From Alphaproteobacteria bacterium (GTDB lineage Bacteria > Pseudomonadota > Alphaproteobacteria > RF32 > CAG-239), in assembly GCA_045639065.1 (NCBI GenBank), contig JAZUCK010000017.1, positions 5,752-69,751 of the forward strand: a stretch of DNA of 64,000 nt, in the 5' to 3' direction. Position numbers and translations under genes: made by a program. The notes beneath the pieces were generated by a model that worked only from the letters and a program-made list of their open reading frames with translations, did not search any database and had not been told where the DNA came from. Shown piece by piece: positions 63,709-64,000 of the stretch; the stretch's first letter is position 1; each line of letters begins with the position of its first letter.

Positions 63709-64000
63709 GTTTATTTCGGAAAAAATTAAGAAAAAATCAGCTGCTCGTTTGGCTGCTGTTCAAGCTACTTATATGATTGAATATGGTCAGTTGTCGGTTG
63801 ATGAGGTTATCAAAGATTTTGTAAACGGCGAGGTTGGTCGCTATGTGATTGAAGAAGACAGCGACGGATATGAAGTGTATGAAAATATGGTTGAAGTGGA
63901 AGCTATGGATACCAACTATTTTGCTACACTTACTCGTGATGTGCACAAAAATAAAGAAATGTTGGAAAAATCTTTGGCAACTTATTTGAAAGAAGGTTGG
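63701..64000 (+). CDS. nusB: Transcription antitermination factor NusB, N-terminal part (runs off the window end)
   Basis: ATG 63701 overlaps the nrdR stop by 8 nt. My translation [29 protein letters not shown]... matches the alphaproteobacterial NusB N-terminus. Not in the track because it is open-ended. Confidence 0.75.
   Translation, partial: MAKFISEKIKKKSAARLAAVQATYMIEYGQLSVDEVIKDFVNGEVGRYVIEEDSDGYEVYENMVEVEAMDTNYFATLTRDVHKNKEMLEKSLATYLKEGW

Overview
This is a gene-dense, AT-rich chromosomal window from a Gram-negative bacterium. I read it as an anaerobic alphaproteobacterium-like lineage. The evidence for that is: LptD/LptF/LptG, AmpG and MurJ; a rimP-nusA-ylxR(L7Ae fusion)-infB operon; glyA..nrdR-nusB; a DUF2336 protein; and a GAAC-N7-GAAC SOS box upstream of a UmuC-like gene.

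Most of the window is housekeeping:
- translation and RNA: infB, nusA, rimP, truB, rpsO, pnp, rbfA, typA, nusB, tRNA-Asn, tRNA-Cys
- envelope: lptD/F/G, ampG, murJ, murF, ftsK
- chaperones: groES/EL, htpG
- metabolism: cysK, gmk, fabG, gloB, pfkB-type kinase, glgX, guaC, rpiB, glyA, nrdR

The non-housekeeping content is:
- a hydC-hydB-hydA trimeric [FeFe]-hydrogenase operon
- a 1,118-aa secreted cysteine-rich protein with a (Gly-Ser) linker
- two orphan proteins (412 aa and 718 aa)
- a BacNaV-type 6-TM channel with an atypical selectivity filter
- a frameshifted, SOS-box-controlled Y-family polymerase gene
- four unusually long non-coding gaps: 5557-6543, 39218-40123, 57924-58417 and 60435-61895

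The most unusual object is the 1.46-kb glyA-murF gap. It contains no ORF of 60 aa or more. Instead it carries three tandem promoter-to-terminator units on the minus strand, each built from a repeated multi-hairpin module that shows compensatory base changes. I interpret this as a paralogous family of structured ncRNAs that I cannot assign to any family I know.

Second is a leader upstream of the 412-aa orphan. It has a promoter, a 27-codon leader ORF containing an (AC)10 tract, an intrinsic terminator, and then the gene. This looks like a repeat-length-dependent attenuator switch.

No CRISPR array, rRNA, transposase or integrase was seen. Everything was read by eye. Coordinates of small elements are hand-counted (about +/-2 nt) and no database search was possible.
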